Below, piece after piece: positions 17,769 to 27,512 of a stretch of 51,997 nt of DNA. The first letter of the stretch is position 1. Each line of letters begins with the position of its first letter. Source of the DNA: Candidatus Iainarchaeum andersonii SCGC AAA011-E11 (lineage in GTDB: Archaea > Iainarchaeota > Iainarchaeia > Iainarchaeales > Iainarchaeaceae); contig AQRS01000042.1 in assembly GCA_000402355.1 (NCBI GenBank), forward strand, positions 22,790 to 74,786, written 5' to 3'. Made by a program: the position numbers and the translations under genes. Below the pieces are notes generated by a model, which saw only the letters and a program-made list of their open reading frames with translations, did not search any database and was not told the DNA's origin.

Positions 17769-18868
17769 CAGTCGTACACATACACGAGCCTCATTCCGTA
17801 AACGTTCGGCTGGAGCTTGCTCACCATGTACTTGTCGTCGGTGTCCTCGAAGTAAAGGATCACTTCGTAGCTCCCGAGCTTTTCGCAGTCATTGCCGCAC
17901 GGGGCTGTTGAAACAAGCACGGTGAATGGCTTCTGCCTGTACAGCCCGAATTTGCCCGAGTCGTTATAGGCAAGCCCTTTATCGCTTATGATTGCCCGGA
18001 CAGCGGCCGAAACCTGCGCCTCGACCTGTGCCTTGCTTTTCGAGGAATCAAAAACGCCTTTCATCTGGCCCGCAAACTCCGGGCTGTATATTCCGCCGCA
18101 GTCGTTGCATGCAACCGCCTTTGCCCCCGCAATCGCCTTGAACAGCCTCACGGGAACATAAATCCTGAATTTTCCCCTCGGCAAAATAGGCTCCTTCAGG
18201 GTTCTCCCCGTGAAGCTGTTGGTAACCACGACCTGCGGAAACGACTCGTAATCCTTCTCGCTCATTGCCTCATTGCTCAAGTCTATCGTGACATAAAAGC
18301 TGCCGATGCAATTGCCGTAATCCCCATCTTCACAGCCGACAAGGTCGAAGAAATCTTTTTTTTCTGATTGTTTGTTGAAGTTCTCGCCGAGGTTGCGCGC
18401 CATCTCCGCCTCGTCCGGATTGTCGAGCTCAATCTCAAAGCCGTGCACATCATCCGTGCCCTGAAGGAGCGAAATCAGGTGGCGCGCCGCAAGGGTCGCG
18501 AACTGGTCCTTTGTGCCCTTGTCCGGGCTGACTCCGAACCTGTCCTTCACGAAATCCGCCTGCAGCCCGTTCCAGTTGCCGGAAATTTCGGGGCGCATGT
18601 AGTAAGTGTTGTCAGGCAAGTCATCCTGCGGATTCGTGTCCTTGGTTGAAAAATCCTCGATTGTGTACCTTATGCCGAAGTTGAACACCTGCAGGGAGTC
18701 GGCGCGCGACAAATCCGCTATCGCCTGCATTTCCTGCTGGTCCGAAATGTCGCTTATGATGCCGGAGGTGCTTCTCTCTTTTGAAATCATTGACTGCACC
18801 AGCAGCATGGAAAGCACAATCAAAATGAATGCGACGAGCGCCGTGAAAAGAGTGAAGCCTTTCTCCAT
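17768..18868 (-). CDS. Large pilin-like protein (366 aa) with a short type-IV-pilin-style leader MEKG|FTLFTALVAFILIV
   Basis: ATG at 18868; the track start at 18874 is GTG. A short charged leader ends in G and is followed by F and a ~20-aa hydrophobic helix, the class III (type IV pilin) signal architecture. The rest is a soluble 340-aa domain. It lies 36 nt downstream of the stop of giant 3, on the same strand. Confidence 0.6.
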   Translation of the reverse strand: MEKGFTLFTALVAFILIVLSMLLVQSMISKERSTSGIISDISDQQEMQAIADLSRADSLQVFNFGIRYTIEDFSTKDTNPQDDLPDNTYYMRPEISGNWNGLQADFVKDRFGVSPDKGTKDQFATLAARHLISLLQGTDDVHGFEIELDNPDEAEMARNLGENFNKQSEKKDFFDLVGCEDGDYGNCIGSFYVTIDLSNEAMSEKDYESFPQVVVTNSFTGRTLKEPILPRGKFRIYVPVRLFKAIAGAKAVACNDCGGIYSPEFAGQMKGVFDSSKSKAQVEAQVSAAVRAIISDKGLAYNDSGKFGLYRQKPFTVLVSTAPCGNDCEKLGSYEVILYFEDTDDKYMVSKLQPNVYGMRLVYVYD

Positions 18869-18904
18869 GAGCACTAATTAGCAATTAAGGAATATAATAA
18901 GGTT

Positions 18905-21900
18905 TCAGGATGCCTTCCACGCGTACGAATTCCATGCGCTGTAAATCTGCTCGAACTGGGTTCCCGTAACATTAATTGCGTTGGCTTCCTGGTTGTCCTT
19001 GTCCGCATTGTACTCGGCGAGGTAGCACGGCACATCGCCATTGCATTCTCCCGCATAGGAGTAAAGCTTATCCGAAGCGCACAAAGCGTTCGGGTAAACG
19101 TCTCCCGCTGTCTTGTCGCTGTGCAGGCTGCATCCGAACATGAATATTGCGGAGCCCTTAGCGTCCGGAGCGGTTGCCGTGCCTGTGTAGGTTCCAAGTT
19201 CGCTCTTCACAATGCCGATGCTGACTGTAAGCGCCTCGAGATTGAGGTTGTTCGTGAGTGCCGCGAACCTGGTTTTCTTGTTTGAGGAAGAATCAAGGGA
19301 TGCAGGTTGGCCTTTCTGGTCCTTCACTGCCTGCGCAATGATGGCTCCGTACCTTTCGCCATTTGATTGTTCCGCCAAATAATTCTTCGCGATTTTCACG
19401 TGCTGTGTCTGCAGTTCTTTTGATGCCTTGAACGGCTCGGGGAATTTCTGCGAGTCCTCAACTTCAGGAATCAGGCCGGGCAAAACCTCGCCAAGCTCCT
19501 TGTCTATTCCGGAATTCTTGCAGTCGTTCAATACTGTGTCGGGCTTTGTTCCCTGCGGAATGCCGTTGGCCGCCTGCGAGAACATGAGAGACTGCACGCC
19601 GTCCGCCCTGGTTTTCAGCGAAACCAAATAGGTGTTGTACCTCACTATTTCCTTTGCCGCATTTCCCGTTGTTTCGATTTCCTGCCCGAACAAGCCCACC
19701 TGCGCTTTTTTGAGTTCATCTTCCCTCGAAATCGTTTTCACCGCATTTATTCCGGTGCTGTCCTCCTTGTTGAACACCGAATTGTAGGCTATGAGGCCGA
19801 TGCTGTTTGCAACCGCGCCTAAGGCGCCTTCCTTCAAAGCATTTTTCGCGAACGCCAGGCCTCCCTTCCAGCTCCAGAATTTCGGGCGCGCATCCTCAAC
19901 GGCCTGTGCAGCGTTCACTGTCAGGCTCTTCACGCCGGTTGAAGCGAACTTATTCTGCAGTGCCGTGTCATAGGTAGTTGCTAAGGGGCTCCTGATTCTT
20001 TCTAGGACATCTTCCTTGAATATGCTCTCCGCCTGCTGCACCATTTCCTTGACCTGGTCATTCCCTATTTTGATTTTTGTTTCAAGCGGAGCCTTGACCT
20101 GGACAGCCTGTCTCGCTCCCGGAGGAGCCGCAACATCTTCGAAGTATTCGGCAGTCGTGCCTGATCTCCAGTCGAGCTTGAGACCGTCTATTTTGGCTTC
20201 GAGGTTGGGCGGAAGTGCAGCAACGCCGAGCTCATTCTTTATCCTTGTCTTTATGCTGTTCTTCAAGTTGTTTTCCAGGCCGAGTACATTTGTGTTGAAT
20301 TGCGGATATGTTGCAGGGTTCCTGGCCACATCATCTAGGTCTACAAAGGTTCCAGCTCGAGTTGTCGGCAGTATGACTGTCGTGGAGCCCGTCACTCTGG
20401 TTTGCAGCTTCATGTCCTCCACGATTTTCTCCGCTGTCGCTTCGCTGAGCTTGGCTGTCTTGAGGCTGTCAACCGAAACCCCGTTCCTCACGTTATAGAA
20501 TTGCCTCCAGACCGTTTCATCCTTGTCCACGCGGAGCTTCGCGGCCTCGACAGCCTTCGTGATGTCATCAGTCGTTATGTTCGTGGTCCGTCCGGCGCCT
20601 TTGATGCTTATTGTAGTTTTTGATTTTGCCGCCGATTGCAGTTCCGCCCGGACTTCCTTGTACATTGCGTCATCATAAACTCCCTGGAATGCCTTGATGT
20701 TGTCGAGCATTTTCTTGTCAGTAACTCCTGCGAACGCGTTTTTCGTAATATCCTCCGCAATCGTGTCCGCAATGTTCTTTGAAACAATGTCAATCTGCCC
20801 TATCCATGGTATGTCCGGCCCGCCGATTGCGGTGCTGGAGAAAGTCCTCGATGCTCCGAGTATTACCGCCTTGAGCCTTATCGGGTCGGCGAATGCCGCG
20901 CTGATGCTCTGTACGGCGTCGGTTTTCGGGTCAAAGCCTTTCAGCTGCTCCGCGATGCTTTTCTCGTTCCCGATGCCCATCAGCCTCAAAGGGTACGAAA
21001 TTATTCTCCCTGCAAATGTGCTGTCGAGGAACTCGTTCACCTTCTTGAATATTCCGTCAGCGAAATTGAATATGTCCTTCATGAACGGGACAGTTTCCCC
21101 CATGAGAGCCGTGAAAGGAATTCCGCAATCGAATAGCACATTCAGCAGTGCCCCCGCCGGGCCTATTGTGGGCCGCAGCAAAGAAGTGCCAATGCTCGCT
21201 ACGCCGCATGCCCCGAGATAAGCGTATGACGCCTTTCTCTTTTTTTGCACCAGTTCAGGCGGGTCGCCCTGCGTCACGTTCTGCTTTCCATCGATGATGC
21301 TGTCGCTGGTTTTTGCGACCTCTTCGGCCCTCGCGAGTTTAGGAAGGTCACTCAAAAGTATTTTGTCGGGGTTCCCTTTCCACACAACCGTTGCATAATA
21401 CTCGCCGTTCGGCTTGCCCTTGATTTTCTCGAGCAGGTCCAAAGGATGAACGCCGCACACATTAAGTTCCACCTCGGTTTCAATCGGCTTCTTGCCTTCT
21501 CCTGCAGTCCTTTGCGCGGTAACAACAATCTTTTTGCCCTGTGCCTGCTGAAGCTGCTCATTTCCCGTGACGCAAACCATGGCCCCTCCAGTGTACGAAT
21601 TCGTTTTCTTGTCTTGCTTGTCAATCTGCAGCTGCGTAATCTTCGCGCCCGGATTGGGTGCCGCGCCCAGCACGGGAGCCGCGGCAAAGTACGGGCTGTC
21701 AGCGCTGATTCCGTCGAACTGCGAGAACTTGCGCGCGGAAAGCGAAACGCCGTCAGTGAACTTGCTCGTCACGTTCACGTCGACGCACTGGGGCACATTG
21801 AAAAGCACGTTCAGCGGTCCAGTCACTTTTAAGACAGGCAATTCAAAGCTGCTCGTGCTCTTCAAAAGCAGGTAGCTTTCGTCCTGGCTTATGCAGCCTT

Positions 21901-24900
21901 CAACCACGTTATCGCGCAAATCCTTGATTGCCTGGCCGGCCTCTTTCGCAATGTCCTTCTGCAGCTGGTCGTCGCTTCCAATGCTTTCCTTGATGTAAGC
22001 GTTTATTGTAACTGGGTTCTCGGAAATAACCTTGTCCATTTCAACGCGGACAATATAGCCCTCTTCGTTCCCGAAATCAAGCTTCAAGGTGTTCGAGCCC
22101 GAAACGTTCTGCGTCGCCCTTTGGTCCGAACCGAACAATGTTTTTGCAACGTCCTTTGCGAGGCCGTCAAGCTTTTCATCGCGCGCCTGCACGACCCCGA
22201 GCCACGAGTTATATTTCTCCGATGTCGTGAGGCCCTCATCCCGCGGCAGGAAATTTGAGATGTTCTGTATGCGCGCGAGGCACTGCTCCGTTTCCTCGCG
22301 AACGCTTCCCCCGTCGCTTGAATCAGGCGTAATGTCAACGACCATGTTCATGAGCTCTGGCACGAGCCTCGCGCCCTGCACCGCAACAGAGCCATTGAGC
22401 GTTATCGTATATCTTCCGCATCCCCTGAAGTTGCTGTTCAGGAAAACCTGCCTGCTGTAGCCCCCGAGGTACTCGCCACCCGTGTCCCCGCTGATGAAAT
22501 CAGCCCTGAAGTCCCTGATTACGCCGGTTTTCTTGTCAATGGCTTTCTGCAAAAGCGCCGTGCTTAAATTGTCCTGGCCCATGTAAACGGAGAAAGTTTC
22601 CTTCCTCACGCCGAGGCCGTCGAAAGAGCAGTAGCCGCGCGCGAGCTCCTGCTGCGAACAATACGCATTCTGGATTTCGGAACTCTTGCTCTGAATCTGC
22701 TTCTGCGCGTCGGTAATTTTTGAATCAATCCTGTCCACCAAATAAGCCGCGAGTTGCTGCGCGTCGCAGTAACTCGAGTCGCAGAGCGGCGAGTTTCCTG
22801 CCGCGATTATCGGGAACCTGACATCCATTGTTCCGCCTCCACACACATTCAATGTGACGCGCTCCGTTGCCGCGGTCCCTTCCTTGACATATTTTCCGAG
22901 CTTCACATCCACAATGATTGGAGTGGATTCTATTGCGGTTCCGCTGTTCGGCAAAAACGCCTTTATGTAAACAGGGACAGCCGGCCCCTGGAAATCCTCC
23001 TTCTTCTCAAGTATGAGTTCGGCCTTTGCTTCCGCGCCCGGCGCAATTATCATGTCCGCGGGGCTTATCGAGAGCCTGTTGTTTCCCAATGGCGCCTGCG
23101 AGATTTCACGTACCCTTACAGGCTCCGCGCAGGTGTTGCGCAGGCTTATGCTTTGCGAGATCGCGCCTTCATCGCTCTTCGTGCTGATGTAACTCACGTT
23201 TCCCGGGACCGCGATGAGGCAGCCCTCCGCGGAAATGTGCGAAGTCACAATGATTGGCCCGAAGTTGAATGTCGTGCCATTGATTACTCCCGTAACGTCA
23301 AGCTCCTTCGTGTCCACAAGAGTGGTCTTCTCGTTGCGCAGGGCCTGTGCAATAATTGTTTTTGGCGGGAGAATCGCCTGCCCTTTTTTCAGGAACTGTA
23401 TCGCGAACGGCGGGTCAATCCTTATGTCCACGTTTCCGCGGGAGGTCGCGCTCGAAACCTTTATGTCGACATTTTCTATGTCCGCTTCCCCGACGTTCCT
23501 TATGAAGAGGGGCACCTGCGCCGCGTATTGCCCGCGGTCGTTCGGGCCCAAAAACAATTCGATATTGTTTGTCATCTGGAGCGCGTAGCGCGGGTTCCAG
23601 ATGTAAACATCCAAAGAAACGGTCTTTTCGAAATCGCTTCCCTTGTAAACGAGGTCAAAGCTGAACTTCTGCTTTCCGGGATAGTTCCTGAGGAGCTTGT
23701 TCGTAATGCTTATTGTAACCTCGTCGGTGTCGGTCCGGTTTCCCTGTGTTTCCGAGAGCTGCGGCGAGACCTTTATCTGCTCGGGGTCAACCTCAATGCC
23801 GTCGGTTTTCTGGCCGCGAGGAACAACCTGCGCCGTCAGCTCCAGATCAAGCTGGCACTCCGCCCTGTTCGCGAGCTTTGCAGTGAAAGTTTCTGTCGTT
23901 GATGCCGAGAAATTGTTGTACTTGTAGTAACTCGTCGGTTCGGTCGAATTAAGGGTTCCATACCTGTTGTCATAGTAGGGGCGGTCCTCGAAACCCGAGG
24001 CAACATAAACCGCGAGCTTGTCCTTGCTGAACTCAAGGCAGTCAGAACTTATCTTCGGGTTGTAATCAATTACCGCACGCGTTTCCGCGACAACACTGAA
24101 GCCGCTCTCTGTTTTTGCGCGCGCAATAATCCTTGCGGCTCCATGCGCGCTGTCATTTTCGCCCGTGTATTTTGCGCTTACCGAAATCCTCTGCGTCTGG
24201 CCCGCCTGCAAACCCGAAAGGGGCGAAATTTCAATTGCCAGTCCGTCAGGCAATGCGCCTATGGGTTCGGCCGTAAAAGTGATGCTGTTCAGGTTCTGCT
24301 TGGAGTTGTTCACGAGGTCAATGAACTTGTCAACATTCTTCTCGCCCTTCCTTATGATTAGGGACACCTGCGCATCCGCAAAGGAGAGCATTCCTGTTTT
24401 GGTTATGCTTATGGTTCCGTCGAGCGCCCTGAATTCCGGCGCGGTGATTTCGTATCTTATTGTGCCGGAACCGAATGTGTTCTTGATTGCGTACATTCCG
24501 TTCGCGCCTTTTCCGACGGCTCCGTTGCCGCCGATTGTTTCAAGGTCATCGCCCGCCTCGTTCTGAATCCTTATCTGCGCATTTTCCACGGGCAGTGAAT
24601 CATCGCCAGTGAGGCCTATTGAAAAGTCCTCGCCGAAAACAACGTTTTCAGGGGTTGTGCGGAGCACCATTGTGCGCTCCCTGAAAATCTCGAAGTAGAA
24701 CTGCTCGTTGATTATGGTTTCGCCTGAAATGAGCTGCAGGGTTATTCCGGAGTTCTCCTTTTCCTTGGTCTTGAAGTAGAGCCTCACGGATGTGGATTCT
24801 TTCGGCAAAACGGAAACGTGGTCAACCTGAATCGAGGTGTCGGAGCTGTTCGTGTCCGGGAAATCGGAGAAATTCTCTATGCCATAGCCCTGGAACGCGA

Positions 24901-27439
24901 TTTTCGGCTTTGTCTTCGAGGTGGATGCCTTCACCGTAATGTCGCGCGCGTCCGCCGGGCTCAAATTTATTTCGAGAGCGTAAATCTCGTTCAATGCCGC
25001 CTTGAAATTATCCGGCCTGAATTCCGAGCCGCCGCTCCTTATGAATTTGTAGCTCGCGCACAATTCGTTCGCGCATGAGGCGCTTGATTCAAGTATCCTG
25101 ATTTTCCCGGCGCTGGTTTGCGCGTACAGCGATGTCCTGTTCTGCGAGTAAACGCTTTTTCCGAGTTCAGAGTCCTCCGGGTTTCTGTAAACAGTGCTGC
25201 CTATTGCGCTCCACGCGCGGTAATGAACCTCGGTTTCAGAACTCGAGGAAGTTTCCTTTGCCTTCACGCGAACCTTGATTATTTTTTCTCCGCCGCTCTT
25301 GAAGTAAAGCTCGAGCCACTTGTTGTACGCGCCTTCGGAGCCCGAATTCGAGTAATCAAGGGCTTCAAATCCAGGGGATGGCTGCGGCGAGTAACTTCTC
25401 GCGTAAAAGCTGCTTGCTCCTGACGCCGAAAAACCGGTTATGCCCGCGTCCTGCGAGTCCGCGAAATTAACGCTGTCCTCGCCCATGCGGACATGGAAGC
25501 CGTTGTCCGTTGTCCCTTCCGCGAACACCGCCTTGAACTTCAGGAAATAATCAACGCCCTTGGAAATTCCCTGGGCCTGCGAACCATCAATGTTGAACAC
25601 GCCCTGGAACTCTACATCAGGGGCAGTAGTTTCGCCTGTTTTTCCGGCAGGAGAAACGCTGACCTCATCCTTGCCCTCGACATAAACTTCCTCGTCAAAA
25701 GTTTTTCCCTCAGCATCTTCATAAGTGACCGTGACATACTTGTTCTCCTTTGGGTTGAACACAATGCCGCCTGTAGTGTAACTGTCCTCGAAGAGCAGGT
25801 CCTTTCCGGCAACAACCGTCACTTTACCGCCGCTCACCTCTTTTCCCGCGGCATCAAGCACCTTGAGGTCGACCTGCGAGAAAGGCTTCCTCATTGTAAT
25901 GAATGCCTCGTTGTTGAACGTGTCCTGCACATTCACTGTTGCTTCGCCCTCCAGGCCGCTTTTCGTTGCCGTGACAAGAATGCTCTTGTTCAATGGAACT
26001 AGTATTGAAAGCTTCCCTGTCGCATCGCTTTTTTGCGTCGGGATTCCAAGCGGAATGACTCCGTTCTTGTCTGTCTGTTCCGAAAAGTTAATGGCAACGC
26101 CGTTCATTGCATTGTTCTTTTCATCAACAGTGTAAACCGTGAGCGAACCGGAGTTCTGCGCAGTCGCCCTTTCAAGCACGAGGTTGGTTCGGTTCTTCGC
26201 ATTCAGGTTGATTGTTTCAATTGCGGGAATGAACTTGTCCTGCCATGCGGTTGCATAATAAATGGTTTCCGTCGAGAGGCTCTCGAAAACGGCTTCGCCC
26301 GCGAGCCCGGTGTCCTGCGTTCCAATGAGTTCGCCGAGGCTGTTGTAGAGGTTCACGCTGATTGATGGCAGCGGCCTTCCCGTAACATCAATGACGCCGA
26401 CAGTAAGCGCGTTCTTGCCGGGCTTGAGGTAATAATCCTTTATGGTTTCGACATCCCTGAGGGTAATGTTTTCCTCAACCAACCCCGAATCGTAAGTCAG
26501 GTAATCGCTTCTCTGCACCACAATCCGCACAATGGCGCCCTTGGAAATTTTTTCCGCCTGCTCGCCGTCATTGTCGGTTTCGGTCGTTTCGGTTATGAGC
26601 TCGTTGTCCTTGGCATCGTAAACCTTGAGGGTGAAGTTCCCGAGGCGCTGCCTCGAATCAAAATCATAAACCCTGACAATGAGGTTCGATTTTCCCGAGG
26701 ATGCGCTTGCCTTCGCAACAAGCTCGACTTCATCCGGGGAATCACTGTGCATTGTTGTCGTGAAATTTTTCTGCTCAAAGTTCGCCTGTGTAATCTGCAG
26801 CGTTGTCTGGTCGCCCTCAATTACGCCCGGGCAGGTATAAAACCCGTTCTCGGTCGCGCTTTCAAAGCACTGTATGCTTCCTCCTGAAAAGCTTGCGACA
26901 ATTTTTGCGTCCGAAACAGGTGTTCCTGTAGCGGAATCCGCGAGGCGCAGCGAGCCCTCGATTATTTTCACCTGCTTCTTGAGTTCGAGCTCAACGGCCT
27001 GCTCCGCGCCGCTGAAATAAACTTCGCGCGTGAAAGAATCGTAGCCGTCCTTTGATGCCTGCACAGTGATTCTCGAGCCTACTCCGAGCTTCAAAGGAAT
27101 GCGCTGCCCATCGCGGAAAGTGGTTGAACCCAATTCAATAGCCTTGCCCTGGGAATCGATCGCGCTGAGCGAAACGCCCGTTAGGGTAGCGCCCCTGTCA
27201 TCCGTGATTGACAGCACAATCGTGGCCTGTTGCGAGGGCAGGAAGAAAAAGCCGTACAAAAGGAATGCGACTATTAGAAAGCCGGCTATTGCAAGCGGAA
27301 AAGTGGGAATCCCGCGGTTCTCCAAAGGATCAATGACGGCATAAACAGGCACTCCCTTGTCGCTCAGAAAATCCATTGCGGCGTAAAACTTCCCCTCAAT
27401 GCCCGCGTAAATGCCGCCAATAAACTCGGAAATCCCCAT
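18905..27439 (-). CDS. Giant surface protein 3 (2844 aa): paralog of giants 1 and 2 with the same head + TM + beta-sandwich repeats and a divergent long C-terminal half
   Basis: Uninterrupted 8.5-kb ORF with an ATG at 27439. Head is IYAGIEGKFYAAMDFLSDKGVPVYAVIDPLENRGIPTFP, followed by TM LAIAGFLIVAFLLYGFFF. Repeats include IVLSITDDRGATLTGVSLSAI, LIVRVYDFDSRQRLGNFTLKVY and LTVGVIDVTGRPLPSISVNLY. The core is colinear with giants 1 and 2 (GVDYFLKFKAVF..DNGFHVRMG...HYRAWSAIGS; SASCANELC). Confidence 0.85.
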   Translation of the reverse strand: MGISEFIGGIYAGIEGKFYAAMDFLSDKGVPVYAVIDPLENRGIPTFPLAIAGFLIVAFLLYGFFFLPSQQATIVLSITDDRGATLTGVSLSAIDSQGKAIELGSTTFRDGQRIPLKLGVGSRITVQASKDGYDSFTREVYFSGAEQAVELELKKQVKIIEGSLRLADSATGTPVSDAKIVASFSGGSIQCFESATENGFYTCPGVIEGDQTTLQITQANFEQKNFTTTMHSDSPDEVELVAKASASSGKSNLIVRVYDFDSRQRLGNFTLKVYDAKDNELITETTETDNDGEQAEKISKGAIVRIVVQRSDYLTYDSGLVEENITLRDVETIKDYYLKPGKNALTVGVIDVTGRPLPSISVNLYNSLGELIGTQDTGLAGEAVFESLSTETIYYATAWQDKFIPAIETINLNAKNRTNLVLERATAQNSGSLTVYTVDEKNNAMNGVAINFSEQTDKNGVIPLGIPTQKSDATGKLSILVPLNKSILVTATKSGLEGEATVNVQDTFNNEAFITMRKPFSQVDLKVLDAAGKEVSGGKVTVVAGKDLLFEDSYTTGGIVFNPKENKYVTVTYEDAEGKTFDEEVYVEGKDEVSVSPAGKTGETTAPDVEFQGVFNIDGSQAQGISKGVDYFLKFKAVFAEGTTDNGFHVRMGEDSVNFADSQDAGITGFSASGASSFYARSYSPQPSPGFEALDYSNSGSEGAYNKWLELYFKSGGEKIIKVRVKAKETSSSSETEVHYRAWSAIGSTVYRNPEDSELGKSVYSQNRTSLYAQTSAGKIRILESSASCANELCASYKFIRSGGSEFRPDNFKAALNEIYALEINLSPADARDITVKASTSKTKPKIAFQGYGIENFSDFPDTNSSDTSIQVDHVSVLPKESTSVRLYFKTKEKENSGITLQLISGETIINEQFYFEIFRERTMVLRTTPENVVFGEDFSIGLTGDDSLPVENAQIRIQNEAGDDLETIGGNGAVGKGANGMYAIKNTFGSGTIRYEITAPEFRALDGTISITKTGMLSFADAQVSLIIRKGEKNVDKFIDLVNNSKQNLNSITFTAEPIGALPDGLAIEISPLSGLQAGQTQRISVSAKYTGENDSAHGAARIIARAKTESGFSVVAETRAVIDYNPKISSDCLEFSKDKLAVYVASGFEDRPYYDNRYGTLNSTEPTSYYKYNNFSASTTETFTAKLANRAECQLDLELTAQVVPRGQKTDGIEVDPEQIKVSPQLSETQGNRTDTDEVTISITNKLLRNYPGKQKFSFDLVYKGSDFEKTVSLDVYIWNPRYALQMTNNIELFLGPNDRGQYAAQVPLFIRNVGEADIENVDIKVSSATSRGNVDIRIDPPFAIQFLKKGQAILPPKTIIAQALRNEKTTLVDTKELDVTGVINGTTFNFGPIIVTSHISAEGCLIAVPGNVSYISTKSDEGAISQSISLRNTCAEPVRVREISQAPLGNNRLSISPADMIIAPGAEAKAELILEKKEDFQGPAVPVYIKAFLPNSGTAIESTPIIVDVKLGKYVKEGTAATERVTLNVCGGGTMDVRFPIIAAGNSPLCDSSYCDAQQLAAYLVDRIDSKITDAQKQIQSKSSEIQNAYCSQQELARGYCSFDGLGVRKETFSVYMGQDNLSTALLQKAIDKKTGVIRDFRADFISGDTGGEYLGGYSRQVFLNSNFRGCGRYTITLNGSVAVQGARLVPELMNMVVDITPDSSDGGSVREETEQCLARIQNISNFLPRDEGLTTSEKYNSWLGVVQARDEKLDGLAKDVAKTLFGSDQRATQNVSGSNTLKLDFGNEEGYIVRVEMDKVISENPVTINAYIKESIGSDDQLQKDIAKEAGQAIKDLRDNVVEGCISQDESYLLLKSTSSFELPVLKVTGPLNVLFNVPQCVDVNVTSKFTDGVSLSARKFSQFDGISADSPYFAAAPVLGAAPNPGAKITQLQIDKQDKKTNSYTGGAMVCVTGNEQLQQAQGKKIVVTAQRTAGEGKKPIETEVELNVCGVHPLDLLEKIKGKPNGEYYATVVWKGNPDKILLSDLPKLARAEEVAKTSDSIIDGKQNVTQGDPPELVQKKRKASYAYLGACGVASIGTSLLRPTIGPAGALLNVLFDCGIPFTALMGETVPFMKDIFNFADGIFKKVNEFLDSTFAGRIISYPLRLMGIGNEKSIAEQLKGFDPKTDAVQSISAAFADPIRLKAVILGASRTFSSTAIGGPDIPWIGQIDIVSKNIADTIAEDITKNAFAGVTDKKMLDNIKAFQGVYDDAMYKEVRAELQSAAKSKTTISIKGAGRTTNITTDDITKAVEAAKLRVDKDETVWRQFYNVRNGVSVDSLKTAKLSEATAEKIVEDMKLQTRVTGSTTVILPTTRAGTFVDLDDVARNPATYPQFNTNVLGLENNLKNSIKTRIKNELGVAALPPNLEAKIDGLKLDWRSGTTAEYFEDVAAPPGARQAVQVKAPLETKIKIGNDQVKEMVQQAESIFKEDVLERIRSPLATTYDTALQNKFASTGVKSLTVNAAQAVEDARPKFWSWKGGLAFAKNALKEGALGAVANSIGLIAYNSVFNKEDSTGINAVKTISREDELKKAQVGLFGQEIETTGNAAKEIVRYNTYLVSLKTRADGVQSLMFSQAANGIPQGTKPDTVLNDCKNSGIDKELGEVLPGLIPEVEDSQKFPEPFKASKELQTQHVKIAKNYLAEQSNGERYGAIIAQAVKDQKGQPASLDSSSNKKTRFAALTNNLNLEALTVSIGIVKSELGTYTGTATAPDAKGSAIFMFGCSLHSDKTAGDVYPNALCASDKLYSYAGECNGDVPCYLAEYNADKDNQEANAINVTGTQFEQIYSAWNSYAWKAS

Positions 27440-27512
27440 TCTTTACACCGTACGGTAAACCGATTAATGCTCCAATAATAGTACAAAACGAAACTCATAT
27501 ATTAATGTAATT

